Shown here one piece after another: positions 15,214 to 31,940 of a stretch of DNA of 64,000 nucleotides (positions are counted from its first letter, which is position 1; every line of letters starts with the position of its first letter). Source of the DNA: the human T2T-CHM13v2.0 reference genome, Homo sapiens; NCBI RefSeq assembly GCF_009914755.1, contig NC_060925.1. One strand, 5' to 3'. Below the pieces are notes generated by a model. That model was not told where the DNA came from. It did not search any database and was given only the letters and a program-made list of their open reading frames with translations. Made by a program: the position numbers and the translations under genes.

Positions 15214-16029
15214 AAAGGAGTTAGCAGCAAGAAAGGTGAATACTTACTGAAGACAAGGATGAAAGAGTGCCCCTGAGAAAAAGCCACCAAAAGGGGAGTG
15301 TCATCCGGGCTGGGAACACAAAGCAAGCAATCACCCAGATCCTGAGAATGGGATCATTTTTTGCTTTTGTTGTAGTATGGGAAGTGTCCAGTTTTCACAG
15401 AATGCAGAATAAAATTACACTCATATATGAGTGTGGTATTTTCTGAGGCAGATTAGCTGAGATAAATCACTTTTTAATTTATCTAAACCTCTACTTTTTA
15501 CCTTGGGAATTAAAAAAATACACAGAACTAGAAAAATATAACGGAACCCCATGTGCCAATTATTTGCCTCAATAGTGATCAGCATTTGCCACTCTCTCAT
15601 CATGTGTCTCTCCACATATTTTTTCCCTGGATTATTTTAAACAAATCCCTGTTATCATATCACTTTTACTGTAAATACTTCACTATATATTTCTATGAGA
15701 AAAAGATATTTTTAATATAATCATAATGCCATGATCACACTAACGCAAATAACAATAATTTCTTAGTATCATTCAATATCCTATCTATATTAAAATTTGC
15801 TATACATGTCTTTTTATAATTGGTTTATTTGAACCAAGATCCAGACAAGGCTTGTACATTGCATTTATGGTTATGTCTCATGTGGAACTTTCCACCTATA
15901 CCCATTGAATATTTATTGGGCATTGCTAAAACCATTGACCTCAAGACAATCTGGGGTCAAGGGGCTGTGACCTACTCAAGCTAACCAGAATACTACACTG
16001 GAGAATCAGACACCTGCAGAGGTTAAGAA

Positions 16030-16660
16030 GGATGATCAATAGAAAATAATGGATTGTTAAAAATCTAAATATTGCACCCAAACTACTTACTAACTACAAA
16101 TGGAAAGATAGTTATGTTTACAGTGGAGAACTCAGCAGACACCAGCTTAACCAAGTGATGAATGTAAACATCTCCAGTAATGACACATCAACATTATGAA
16201 CACTTTGATGTGATGAGAAGAACACAATATCAGTTTTGTGATATTCTTGCCAAAAATGCATAACATGATTCCAATCATAAGAAAACATTCTACAAAATGA
16301 AGAGACAATCTACAAAAGAATTGACCAGTACTCTTCGAGGGTGTCAAGTTCATGAAAGACTGAGGAACTGTTCCAGACTGGAGTGGATGAGAAGACATGA
16401 CAACTAAATGTAATGTGGGGTCCTGGTTAGGATTCTGGAACAGAAAAAGGACATTAGCAGAAAAAGTGGTGGAATTCAAATAAGGCCTGTGGTGTAGTCA
16501 ATAATACTGTATCAATGTTAGTTTCTCGTTCTTGATCATTATCCTATGGTCATGTAAGATGTTTTCATTAGTGGAACGTGATGAGGGATATATATAACTC
16601 TTTGTACTATTTTTGCAACTCTTCTGCAAGTCTCAGACAAGTTCAAAATAAAATTTTTTT
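16030..16660 (+). mobile_element. Old L1 (L1MC/ME-like) 3' end
   Basis: ttaaccaagtgat..catgacaactaaatgtaatgtg..ctctttgtactatttttgcaact..aaaataaaa. Confidence 0.75.
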
Positions 16661-17740
16661 ACAAAAGCCTGACATGTTCTTTTAATATGCATCCTGGTTT
16701 TTGCAAATATAAGGTCAACCACAAATAAGCAGCTCCTCCAGCAAGAACTAAATCTGTATTTTCTTTAAACAACCAGTGAGGGTTTTAGTTCATCTTTCCT
16801 CATTGCTGGCTGTCCTGAGGGATGGATCATGATCACTTTCTCCTGATACCACGCATGGCCCCACATCACGCTCGTGGTCACTGTCATCATTGTCATACAC
16901 ACTGGTTTTCTGATAAAAAGCTTTCAGACACAGTTCCCTAATAGGCAGGGTTTCCTAGGTATTTTACTTCCCATTCCTACCCCTTCTATCACTCCTCTTC
17001 CAACCCCCAGGCACAGGGCTGGTTCCCCTGCCTTCCAGTCTTTCCCTTTCCTGGGTCCTCAGGTCACTCACTGCCCAGTTCCAATCTGCCCAAGGTCAAG
17101 GAGGGTTTGGGAGACAGCAGCCACTGCACTCCAAATGGCAGTGGGTAGTATGAGCACCTGTGTCCAGGCTCCAACAAGGAAAGCCTTCTGATCTGATCTC
17201 TGCATCCACTTTCCAGCCAGCAGCATGTGCAGGGGTTTGCAGCAGCCTGGACTCTGAATTGTGCCACCTCAGAGTAAGGGCAGCCCCACTCATCCTTCAG
17301 CAGATGGGAAGGAGGGGAGTGGAGGCCTAAGGAGCAAGGTTGGTTTGTAGCTGAGGACAATTCTGGCAGGGGGAAATCCATTTTCATTCCAACCCTGGAT
17401 TGTGGTATTACTGTGTCTCTGCTTCCATCTTCAAGTAGCTCCTAGCTGTTGCATCCTGGCTGTGCTCCCCATGGCCTACCCACTCTTTGAGGGGGAGGCT
17501 AGGAGGTATGCAGAGGCTGTGATTGTGAGAAAAGCCTGGGACAGTACATGAGCTCATTCCGGATGGGGAGAGAGACTATAATCTTTTCTCAATAAAGTTT
17601 TGTTGCATGAATGAATGAGTGGTGAAAGAAGGCAGTTCCATTTAGTCAGTCTTCCTAAATCAGTTTTTCCAAATCCATGGGCTTTTTGACGTACTCAAAC
17701 TCCCCGTTTGCTACAGTTTGGGAAGTGGCCCAGGGATGCC

Positions 17741-17744
<4 letters not shown>

Positions 17745-17808
<64 letters not shown>
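17745..17808. repeat. (GA)32 microsatellite
   Basis: Direct reading; pure purine run 17741-17823. Confidence 0.97.
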
Positions 17809-17812
<4 letters not shown>

Positions 17813-19529
17813 AGAAAGAGAGGTCTGTTTTTTAAAGAGCCTTTGCAGTCCCTGGGTTTTCAGAGGGATGTTCCATGAAGAAACTGGCCAAGCAGGGCCA
17901 ACACTTGTCTTTCCTTTAGAGTGTCTAACTCTTGGTGTTTGCTGCCAGAACTGTTGTTGTTTTGAAGACCTCAAAATGTACAGTTCTTATTATTCATTCA
18001 GTCAATATTCAAATCAATATTTATTGAGCTCCTTCTGTGTGCCAGGCCATGTGATGGTGAGCAAGCCAGGATACAACGGTGAGAAAGCTGGGTCTTGTTT
18101 TTCCCAGGAATGAGCTGTCCCACGGTTGCACACTGGATCTTTGGCCAGATCAAGTTCAGGCCAGTCCTCTGCATTGGCCTGAACTTGATCCCAGCAATCT
18201 GGGGATGAGAGAGGGTCTCTCTGCCCTTTCTCATGGGAGTGGCTCACCTCCCCTTGCACCTCAGCCCAGAAATTGCATCTGAGCCTCAGAATTTTATGTT
18301 TTTTTCCCCTGAAACCCTGAAAACCAGTCCCATGTCCTCTCAGAGAAGCCCTCAAGATTTCTCTGGATTTGGTAACATGCTGACTGGGATTCTAGCCAGA
18401 GGATTCTCATTCTTGGACCTGGATTTTAGACTCATTTTGGACAATTGGCAAATGGGCACGTGTTATGCTGCTTTAATGCAAAGAGCAAACAATATCGATG
18501 TTTATAAAATCCTAAAGGAAAAACTCCAAGATATGTGAGCATCCCAGGGTGAGGGGAACTGGGAAGCCTGGTTCCTTGTGGTTTCGCCAACCCCATGGGA
18601 TTGCCTTTGTCTTCCTGGCTGAAGCTGCTTTACCAGGACCAGGTCTGGGTTTCTGCATATTGGGAGATAGGAAATGAGAGGAAGGGCATGTGGCTTCTGT
18701 TTTAAGGATGTGTCCTATAAACTGTTCATGTCATTTCCGTTCACATCTCATTGGCTAGAACTTACTCCTGTGACTATAAATTAGCTTTAAGGGAGGCTGG
18801 GAAATGTAGTCTTCAGCTGAGTGGCCAAGTGCATGGTAAAATTTCAAGAACCTATTACTAAAAGGAAGAAGGGGAGAGTGGATATAGCTGGACAATGACC
18901 AATTTTGATCACACACTCCTTTAGCCCCTTTTCACATGGCCCAGACTGTTGTGTCCTTACATTATTGGCCTTCAGACCTCATACCTCATTCCCATGTTCC
19001 CTGACCTGGTGGCTCTCTCTGGAGTCCTAGACCTGGGCTACTTTGGATTGTTCCTTTTTTTCCCTCTCCCTCTAACTCCTTGTAAGTAACTTGCTTAGGG
19101 AGGGGCCCTTCTGAGGGGAGGGGGTGTCACCAAAAGAGAAATAAGATGTTGACAGCCAAGGCCAGGGACATCAAGGCCAGACCCACTTACTCTATAGATC
19201 TCTGCAGGCCCCCTCTTTACTTCAGCTGAGTGTGGATGAATAAAACCAAGCATGGTGACGCTGCTGAGACACTTCAGGTCTCATGGTCAGGAGGGACAGC
19301 ATCTGTGGATGAGCACTTGAGGGAGGGTCTAAGTATACGCTGGCATCTCTGCCCACCAGGAACCATGATTTCATCTTCCTCATCTTTTTCCTCTTCCTGC
19401 TTCACTTCCTCACCTGCAGCCTCTCCAACATCACTGTAATCATTACAACTGTTAGAACTGTACCATTGAGCACCACCAGGGCCAGATATCCCACATGCAT
19501 CTTCTGTTTTTAGCCCCGACTCCAATCCC

Positions 19530-19700
19530 AGGAGGTAGGTATTATTGTCTCTATCTTTTGAGAAACTGAAGCACAGAATGGTAAGGACCTACTTCATACT
19601 GTTGTTGTAAGGATTAAATGGGATAATTCACATAAAAACATCTGGCTCAGTGCCTGGCAAACAGAAAGTACTCAATAACTATATTAGCCTTTATTGCTGT
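19530..19700. mobile_element. MIR fragments
   Basis: gaaactgaagcacaga; gttgttgtaaggattaaatg..cagtgcctggca. Confidence 0.65.
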
Positions 19701-20209
19701 AACAGAGAAGAAAACCAAGGTTTAGAGAGGAATGGAGATTTGCCAGTGTTGGCTCCAGAATTCACATAGAGGAGGGGTTTATCGTGGTGACGGGGTGGTG
19801 GGGGCACTGCTCAGGGAATTGCCTTGATGCTGTGTTTGCATGAAAAGCACACATATTAACTTAGATTGTGATAAAAAATACCAAAAAATTCTCATATGGT
19901 TATATTTATACTTTACGTAAGTGTGAGAACTGTCCATCACGATAATGATTATTATCATCACTTGGGACAGCTTGGGAACTCATGGAGGTCACAGCTGTTT
20001 AACATCCCTCCAAGCTTCCCTTTGGTGCTACCACAGTAATGGGCCAAGCAAGTAAATGACAGAGCCAGGATTTGAGAGCAGCTCTGATTCTAGGTCCCAC
20101 ATCTTCATTGCTACCCAGTACGGTCTCTGTGAGCTGGCAGAAAACTTGGCTAACCAGAGGTTTGCTTTTCCCTCCCACCTGAGGAGCTGGGGGTTGCTGT
20201 GCTCCCTAA

Positions 20210-20585
<376 letters not shown>

Positions 20586-21351
20586 CATTGTTAATATTTT
20601 TACAAGCAAAACTGAGGCACAGAAACCCAAAAGGTAGATTTCTCTTTCTTGCATTTTCTGAGCAGCAGAGACTTTTTAGTAGGTAAGTACAATTAAGTCG
20701 AGCCGGATCTCTTCACTCTGCTCCAGATTGTTCTGGAAACCTGTCTCCCAGCATTAGGGCAGCTCTCCAGTCAGCCCAGCAGGCTTGCTAGGTGTGACAG
20801 AGTCCACCTAATCAGAACTTTTTTTTTCTTGTTTTTACCTCCAGTAGGAAGAAATCAGAACTTTCATCCTCCCCTGGAAGGGCCCAAGGTGCTGTCATAG
20901 TCTCCTGACAGACAGCAGTAATTGTACAGCCTTCCTGGCTTTCCCCCCAAGGAGTCCTATTGGTTTTGACAGTTTCTGGATAACTGTGGTGACAGGCAGC
21001 AAGATTGGAATTTTACAAAGGTTTCTCAAATCTGTTTGAAGAGAATATCAGGATACCAGTTTGTAAAAGCCTGTCTCTGATCCTGACCACAGGTAAGAGT
21101 AACTCTTAGTTAGCTCCAAATGAGAATCTGAGCCCGCCCCATCTCTGGGGAGACAGCTGGCTGGCTTCATTCTCTCCCTCACTGATGGGTCTATTCATCT
21201 CTGGGTCACCAAATATTTACTGAGCACCAACTATGTGTCAAACATCATACTTAGCACTGGGGATGCAGTGACCTACTTGGCTCCTAACTCTAGGAGCTCA
21301 CTGTCCTCTATAAAGGACATAGATGTATAATGAGACAACTACTATATGGCT

Positions 21352-21593
21352 TGGTGCAATCTCGGCTCACTGCAACCTCCGCCTCCCGGATTCAAGTGAT
21401 CCACCTGCCTCAGCCTCCCAACTAACTGAGATTACAAGTGTGCACCACCATGGCCGGCTGCTTTTTGCATTTTTAGTAGAGACAGGGTTTCGCCATGTTG
21501 CTAGGCTGGTCTCGAACTCCTGACCTCAAGTGATCCACCTGCCTTGGCCTCCCAAAGTGCTGAGATTACAGGCATGAGCCACTGTGCCTGGCC
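21352..21593 (-). mobile_element. Alu (AluS-like) lacking its 3' end and tail
   Basis: Starts abruptly at tggtgcaatctcggctcac next to L2-like sequence. Confidence 0.9.
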
Positions 21594-21837
21594 TGTATTT
21601 TCTTTATATTGGACCCAGGTATGTGCATTTGTTCATTTGTCCATTTTTGCAGTTTTAAAACATCCTGAGCACTTACCATTTCCTGTGTTAGTTCTTGTGC
21701 TAGATACCAGGATCTTGTGCTAGAAAAGGCTGTTTCTGCCCTCAGCCTCTACTGTCTAGTGGGAGAGCAGCCTGGCACAAGCAACCAGAAGGTAGCGTGG
21801 CCGACAGGTGCTGCTACTGCCAAATGGGAGGGCAATT

Positions 21838-22300
21838 GCATGTGTGCACTTGACTGGGCCATGGGGTGCCCAGATACTTGATTAAGGTGATTTTGTGTGT
21901 GTCTATGAGGGTGTTTCTGGTTAAGATCACCTGTGAATGAGTGGACTGAGGAAAACAGAGCCCTCCCACTCCCAGTGTGAGTGGACTTTATTGTCTGTTG
22001 AAGGCCTGAATAGACTGAGAGGCTGAGTAAGGATGGATTTTCTTTCTCTGCCTGGCTGCCTTTGGGCTGAGACATTGGTCTTCCTCTGCAATCAGATTTG
22101 AACTGGAACTTACACCATCATCTCTCCTGGATCTGCAGTGTGTTGACGGCAGATCTGGGACTTGTCAACCTCTATAATCCCATGAGCCAATTCCTTATAT
22201 TAAGTCATATATATTGCATATATAGTAATTCATATATATGAGATATATATTTTTTCTATTGGTTCTGGTTCTGTTTCTCTGGAGAACTCAGAGTAATACA
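21838..22300 (+). mobile_element. ERVL LTR (MLT2-like)
   Basis: cttgactgggccatggggtgcccagata...tctgtttctctggagaac...taataca. Confidence 0.85.
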
Positions 22301-22438
22301 CTAAGCAATGGTGGGAGTCCGTGGGAGCCCTGAAATGTCTTGCGAATTGAACAAGAGTGCACTTGCAAATTCTTTACGCATTTGAAGCCTAGACTAGGGC
22401 AATGAGGACTGAGTAAGACTGCAGAAGGGTCTAGCTGG

Positions 22439-22601
22439 CCTCCCCCCCACCCCTCTCCTCTCTCCTCCTCTGTCCTCTGCTTCCCTCCCTTCCTTTCTCC
22501 TTCCCTCCTCTCCCCTCACTTCCCCTCGCTTCCCTTCCCTTGTCCTCCCCTCCCCATTGCCGTTCCTCCCTTTCTTCTCCCTTTCTCTCCCCTTGCCTTC
22601 C
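22439..22601. repeat. Polypyrimidine (CT/CCTT) low-complexity tract
   Basis: Direct reading. Confidence 0.9.
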
Positions 22602-23105
22602 ATGCCTACTGTAGGCTCTCATTATTCTTAGATTCTTTCTTTTCCCCTGAAACACCTGCTACCAGGTAAGGGTCAGATGAACGTATTTCACACTAAGATA
22701 TAAATAACTAATTAGAGTGTTGCTACCCATACCTCAACCCTAGAGCTTGGTGATTTTTTTTTTTCCAAAAAGGGAACAATCCCTTAGCTAAAGAGCCACT
22801 GTTCCAGGGGAGGAAACGTAGGCTTGGGCCCAGAGATAGGTGGCAGCAGGGGTTTCTGGCCACGAAGCCTTCAGGCCTTCCCAGGTCCCAGCGTGTGTGG
22901 ATCTTAAAACACCCCCTGCCAAGGGCTTTGATTCCAATTTTGGTTTCAGCTAATTGGTTTCAGCTGAGGTGGGAGAGGCCACGCCTCAGGATCTGCCTAG
23001 GCCAGGACTGGGAATGGGTCTCCCAGGTGACTCCGCGGGCCCATAGGCAGGCAGATCCTGGGAAGACGCCCTTTACTCAGTAAGGAGGGCCCAGGCGTCC
23101 AAAGC

Positions 23106-23120
23106 CCACCAGGGGGCAGC
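23106..23120 (+). promoter_or_regulatory. CTCF motif in a small CpG-rich patch
   Basis: CCACCAGGGGGCAGC is a near-consensus CTCF core; CpGs are retained around 23030-23200. Confidence 0.75.
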
Positions 23121-24232
23121 GGCGGCATTCTTAGCCCCACTTCTCCGCGCTCAAAGGCCGGCTGAGAAAACGCGAGTGACTACCCGAGGGCGCTGTTACT
23201 CCACAATTTTTCTGCAAAAGCTAAGGTCGGCAAACATGGATATTCGGATTTCCATTGTTTTTGAGGCTAAATCAAAAGATGCCTCTGGGGAAAAGGGGCA
23301 ACATGCACTGTCGGATCGGCATTCATATGGAAAAACAGAGGTAGGAAACATTTTATACATTTTGAAGATACTTTGATGTGCAGTAATTTTGAAACTTTCG
23401 TAGGGCACCTGTTTTTCAATGGGCGGTGTAGAGTAATGCTGCCAAACACAGAGTTTGAGCCCTAGTACCACACCCACTAGCGGTGTGACTTTTCCTGGTG
23501 ACTGAGTCTCTCTGGGCCTCAGTTTTGCATAGGGGACTTGTTCCGCCCCTCCTTGTCCTAGGTGTAAATGCTGCGTTGGTGTTGCACTCATAGGCTCACC
23601 TGGCCAAGGACCAGCTTCTGTCTATATTACTCTCAAACTTGCCACTTGGAGCATATTTCATTCTCATCCCCTTTGCCTTCACACTGCTATTCACCCCAGT
23701 TCAGAAGGGCAGAGCAATGGCCAAAATGTAAGACTGGGGTTGGGACTGTGAGAAGAAAGGAACAATTGCCAGTTAGCAAATTATTATAATGGCCACGTGG
23801 GCTCCAGGGCTGACATAATGAGGAGCTTGGTATGTGTGGTAATTACACACACTTGAGTTGAGTCTTAGGAAAACATATAAAAGAAACGTTATTTTCTTTT
23901 TTTCTAAAGGCTATGAAGGTAAGAAGCATTCCATAAGCAATTATTATGCAGCACTATTTCAAGGGTTGGGCTCTGTCAATGAGTTTTAACCACTAAAGAA
24001 AAGGAATTCTAATTGGGGGCGAAGGTAGTTTTAGGAATGGCAGCTTCGGAGTTTTGTACTGACAGGTGCTGGTGAAAAGCTGATTAATCCCATTCAATAC
24101 TATAATAGGCTACATTTGTATAGCACTGCATAGAGTACCAAGTACTTTTATATAAATCCTCTCATTTGATGTTCCCAACCACCCTTTGAGATATGAAGAG
24201 GACAAAGAGAATTATTGCTGTCATTTTAAAAA

Positions 24233-26660
<2,428 letters not shown>

Positions 26661-27428
26661 ACAATTTAGCCTTTACCTCCAAGGAATCTACCAATTTCCT
26701 CTCTATTGCCTTTCACCACAACCACAACTGTTTTTGAGAGCACACTTAGACTTGAACTTCACACTCTGTTGCAAATGAAGTCAGTTCTCTAGGGAGGGAT
26801 TCAGAGCTCTTCCTTCCACGGCCTGATTGTGCCCCTGGGGAAAATCTCTGAGCCATCCTCTGCGGGATTGAGGGCAGGGAAAATATGGTTCACTTCTCTC
26901 TGAATGACAACCTTGTTTTTGTTTCTCAGTGCCAGGTAGAGAGGAGGCAACAGACTCAGGTCTTTTTGGTTTGCTTCTCTGGGTTAGAACTCCTGCCCCA
27001 TGAGCCAAGGCAAGGACATTCAGGCTCCCTGTATCATATTGGTACCATGCTCTCAGAGTGGAGCCTCTGTCCCCTGAGAGTTCGGGCTTGGAGGAAGAAA
27101 AGAGACCCTCCTGGCAACACTCACCCAGAACTTAGTCTCAGCATTAGGTCATGAGTGGGAATGGCAGGATAAGCAATGCTGACATCCTGTCTCTCCCCAG
27201 GAAGACTGACTTTCAATTAGGATCTGTGGAGAAAAGGAGCCTTGTGTTCTTAGCTCTACCCTAAGGTGTGGAGCTTCTGCCTCACTGAGCTGTGAGCGGG
27301 GAGGAAGGGTGTGGGTCTTGGGTCAAAATCACTGATTCACTGATCTTACCAAGTTTTAATAGATTTTCTTGAATAAATGTTTCTTCATTTGCTATGTACA
27401 TTTATGACCATTTCCAGAGACTTTAAAT

Positions 27429-28003
27429 ATTTATTTATTTTTATTATTATACTTTAAGTTCTGGGGTACATGTGCAGAATGTGCAGGTTTGTTACATAGG
27501 TATACGTGTGCCATGGTGGTTTGCTGCACCCATCAACCTGTCATCTACATTGGGTCTTTCTCCTAATGCTGTCCTTCCCCCACCCCCCGACCCAACAGGC
27601 CCTGGTATGTGATGTTCCCCTCCCTGTGTCCATGTGTTTTCATTGTTCAACTTCCACTTATGTGTGAGAACATGTGGTGTTTGGTTTTCTGTTTTTGTGT
27701 TAGTTTGTTGAGAATGATGGTTTCCAGCTTCATCCATGTCCCTGCAAAGGACATGAATTCATCCTGTTTTATGGCCACATAGTATTCCATGGTGTGTATG
27801 TGCCACATTTTCTTTATCTAGTCTATCATTGATGGGCATTTGGGTTGGTTCCAAGTCTTTGCTATTGTGAATAGTGCCGCGATAAGCATATGTGTGCATG
27901 TGTCTTTATAGTAGAATGATTTATAATTCTTTGGGTATATACCCAGTAATGGGATGGCTGGGTCAAATGGTATTTCTAGTTCTAGATCCTTGAGGAATTG
28001 CCA
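27429..28003 (-). mobile_element. L1PA 3' end, 5'-truncated
   Basis: ttattatactttaagttctggggtacatgtgcag...tctagatccttgaggaattgcca. Confidence 0.92.
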
Positions 28004-28083
28004 GTTTCACTTGGGAGTGAATCCATAGACCTCTTCATGCTACCATATTGAAGCTGTAACCCTTACTACTGTCATTTAGTAGA

Positions 28084-28459
28084 TGCTGTGATTTGAATGT
28101 GTTCCCCAAAGGTTTAAGCATTGGAAACTTAATCATTAAAACAACAGTGTTTGGAAGTGAGGCCTAAGAAGAAGTGATTGGGTCATGAGGGTGGTGCCTT
28201 CACAAATGCATTAATGTCATTGTCATGGGAGTGGGTTAGTTATCATGGGAATGGGTAGTTATAAGGTAAGCCTGATCCCTAGTGCCTCTGTCTTGTGCAC
28301 TTGCTTCCGCCTTCCACCATGGGATGAACCTTGTTAGATGCTGGTACCATGCTCTAGGACTTCCCAGATCCAGAATCATGAGCCAAATAAACTTCTATTG
28401 TTTATCATTTACCCAGTGTGTGGTATTCTGTTATAAGCCACAGAAAATGAACTAAAACA
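28084..28459 (+). mobile_element. MaLR solo LTR (MST-like)
   Basis: tgctgtgatttgaatgtg...aataaacttct...gaaaatgaactaaaaca. Confidence 0.85.
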
Positions 28460-29194
28460 CTAGATGAGGGCAATGTTCATCTATTTGGGAGACTAGGGGT
28501 AGTAGAGGGGAAACGAAAGTCACCCAGAATCAGAATATAGTACAAAGGCCTACTAAAAGATTCCAGGGTGGGAAAGGAATACCTTGGTATGGATGTTAAG
28601 TATATCAGATGTTAGTGGATAGAAGGACCACTCCTGCACATGGTCCTTCAAATGCTACTTGAACACCCCAGGAAAGGGGAATTCACTACTATTAGTTTAG
28701 ACTGACTATTATCCCCATAAGCAATATGACCAAGTAAAACCAAAACAGCTGTGCCTGCCAAGATGAGCAGGATGTACAAACAAAAGGAAACAGAAAAGAG
28801 GTACTTCAGGATCCTAAACAACTTTATGTTACCAGAAGGTCATGGGCATGCTACAAAAAGGCAACTAGCTGTTTTGGGATACCAGGTGCCCAAGAGACTG
28901 CTCTAATTTTAGAAATAACACAGTGCTTACTAAAGAGGTCCAGGACTCATGGGTCTGGAATGCAACGTTCTTCCACCCTCAGGCCGTGCATACTCATGTT
29001 CTGGTGTTGATTCTGCTCCAATTATTTTCTGATGTTGAGGGAGGGAGGACCAGACCACAGAACTGGCATGTGCCTAAGGAATCTGCCAAGAGTTATTAAA
29101 TGATAACTGAAATAATAAATTATTTAAATTTACAGAGACTTGTAAATTTACAGAGTTGGTTATGACCACTGTCTGATAGGCTAAGAGCTCATTT

Positions 29195-29630
29195 TCACAG
29201 TGGCCTTGTGCTGATATCCTCTGACTCTCCAGATCCATCCTCTGCCCTTCTCTGCCAGTTCTCTGCCCTAGAACGCTGACCTCCTAGGCTGGAGGCATCC
29301 CCTGAGCCCCCAACTGCATCTTGTGGTTGTGTTCAGCCAATGGGGAGCACCAGCAGATCAGAGTTAGGAGAGAAAGAGGTTAAGGTACTTCTTCTCTGCT
29401 CTCTGGCTGGGTCTGTGGCCCTGCCTTCTCTGTCTTATATTTTGCAGCACAATTTTCTGTCCTTGTCCTGCTGGGCCTAGGAGTGCTGCTGACATCTGTT
29501 TTCCGGGTGTCTTACCACCCCTTGTTTTTACCCTTAACACCCATACTTCTGAAACAGACCTTCATTAAGGTCATCTCTTTATTTGAACCAAGTGGGAATG
29601 AATTATATTTCCTAACAGACTCCTTGATAC
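29195..29630. mobile_element. ERVL LTR (LTR33-like)
   Basis: gttcagccaatggggagcaccagcagatcagag and ccttcattaa..tctcttt motifs. Confidence 0.55.
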
Positions 29631-30099
29631 TATTATATCTTGCCCTGCTAACAACATTCCTTCTGTCTCTCCCAATTATTATCAAGCCTGGAAAGAAGCA
29701 AACCCCATGTTACTGTCTTAGCATTAACTCTAGGGGACCTCATACCCTCATCTGGGTCCCCTGTAAACAAAATGATGACTTTGCTCACATCCTTCCCTGG
29801 AATTTTAAGCCTCTGTGGCCCTGTGAATCAGTATTTATTCCACTAGCTCCTTTTACACAGCTAGACTGTTGCTTGAAATCAGAACTTGTTTGGTTCCTGA
29901 GCTTTTCCTCCATCAATGTGAAATATGCAGTCTTTGTACCCTGGTGGGATAGAGGCACATTCAACCTATAGCATATAGGGTCCTAGTTTAATTTTGAATG
30001 GTCATCCTCTGAGTTCTTACCTCAAAGCCTTAGCTAATAAATAAGCTTTCTTGTCCATGAGCAGGAATTTAAAGTTCCTGCTTTTAAAGTGCTTTTAAA

Positions 30100-30410
30100 G
30101 TGAGAAATGGGGAGATGCCAAAGGGCAGAAAGTTTCAGTTTTCAAGATAGAAAAATGCTGGAGATCAAATGTATTGCAATGTGATTATAGTTAACAATAT
30201 TCTATTACATACTTGAAATTTGCTAAAAGGAAAGATTTTAAATATTTATCACCAAAAAAAAAGAAAAAAAAAGAAAGTGATAACTCTGTTAGGTGAAGGC
30301 TATGTTAATTGACTTGACTGTGATTATTTCACAATGTCTTTCTAAGCATCAAGTTGTACACCTTAAATATATACCATTTTTATTTGTCAATTAGACTTCA
30401 ATAAAGTTGG
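30100..30410 (+). mobile_element. L1MA/MB-like 3' end
   Basis: acttgaaatttgctaa..catcaagttgtacaccttaaatatata..tcaataaag. Confidence 0.8.
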
Positions 30411-31199
30411 GGCAGCAAGCTACCTCCTTAGGCCTGTGTTAATTCACTCAAGCTCTTTCTCAGTATTCATAGCCAAAATGACTAAACTTTCCATTTATAA
30501 ATAGAGGGGGCCTCCCAAGACCTAGAGACCCATCATTGCTTTTAGGCATTCATGTCACACGCCAGCTCAGGCAATATTTTACCAAGTTCATACTTGTTTG
30601 AATCTTTTATTTATTTATAGTGACAGTAATATATTTGGCACTTACCCGTCCTCCTAAAAGCCTGATAACCCCAGTTATCTTGTGCTATAAGTGGCCTAGC
30701 TTTCACTAACTTAGAAATGAGGGTTTGGAGGGGGAAGGGAGACAGGGAACATTCCGATTAGCCAACAGTTTCCTAATGCAAGTATGTCTGTGGCACAGCC
30801 ATGTCAGCTACCAGGGAAACCTGTGAATTCACCACGGAAGCCGTCAGGCCAGCTTAGAGGCATCCGTGATGAAAATCCCGAGTTATTTCTGGAGTAGGTG
30901 ATTGACGTTTCAAATAGAAGATGACATTTTAATGGGATCTAAGCTTGCTGTGATCGGAGTTAATAAGTATAATGATGATGATAATGATATTTACATTATC
31001 TCTTTCATCCAAAGAACCCTTCAGTTCTTTTATCGCATTTGCCTTGAAAATGTCCCTTCGGAGTTGGGAGGGGAAGGTGTTATTAATCTGTTCTTCAGGA
31101 AAGAAAATATAAAGAGACTTAATTGCCAGGCTTTCAGGCTCCATTTTGGTGGTAAGAAGAGATATTTAAATAACAAATTAAACTTGGAGAAATTAAGCT

Positions 31200-31940
31200 T
31201 GGCGAAACACCAGTCTTTCTCAGTTCCCAGTCATCCTATATAATGCTGCCAGATCAAGCTCCAATAATATCACTTCTTGACTGAAAAGTCTTCAGGGGAT
31301 CCTGGCAGACTGCCAATTTCAGTCCAAATATCCTAACTCAGCAGGCAAGGCCCTCAATGTTCCAACCAATGTTGTCTCACCATGCTCTTACACTTACCCT
31401 GTGTTTCAGCCAAATAAATCCGCTTGCTTGACCCTATGGTCTGCTCTAAGCACCCCATTCTCCTTTAATAATGTTCATTCCCCTTGCCCTAACTTGTTCA
31501 ATGTCAGTCTTCCCTGTTGCATGTACATTCCAGGAGGGTAGGGACTGTCACCACTGTATCCTCAGGGCCTAGCAAAGTTAACTGGCATGTAACAGGGGCT
31601 CAAATACTTGCTTCTGAAGTGAACACGATGCTCTCCCACCTCCATGCCTTTGCTTCTGCGGCTCCCTCAGCCTAGACAACCTGTAGTCCCATCTCAACCT
31701 ATTGAAGCCAGAGCTGTCCTTCCAAGCCCAGATTAAACCCCAATTCCTATGTCTGGTCTCCCTGACTTGGGAACAGACACGGCATTGTTCTTTTGTAGTT
31801 CGTACATTCTGCTGTATCATAATCATTTGTGTAATTGTGTAGTCGTCCTTCCCTGCCTCTCCCAAACCATCAGTTCTGGAAAGATCGGAGCTGTACTCCA
31901 GAGCCTGGCAGAGTACGGGCACTTGTTAAACACGTGCTCA
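31200..31940. mobile_element. L2 fragments
   Basis: cactgtatcctcagggcctagca..ctcaaata; ctccatgcctttgct. Confidence 0.55.

Noticed and set aside
17718-18113. 131-aa ORF with RE repeats
   Set aside because: Translation of the (GA)n microsatellite.
29483-29971. 162-aa ORF
   Set aside because: GTG start, partly overlaps an LTR remnant, no recognisable domain; consistent with chance.
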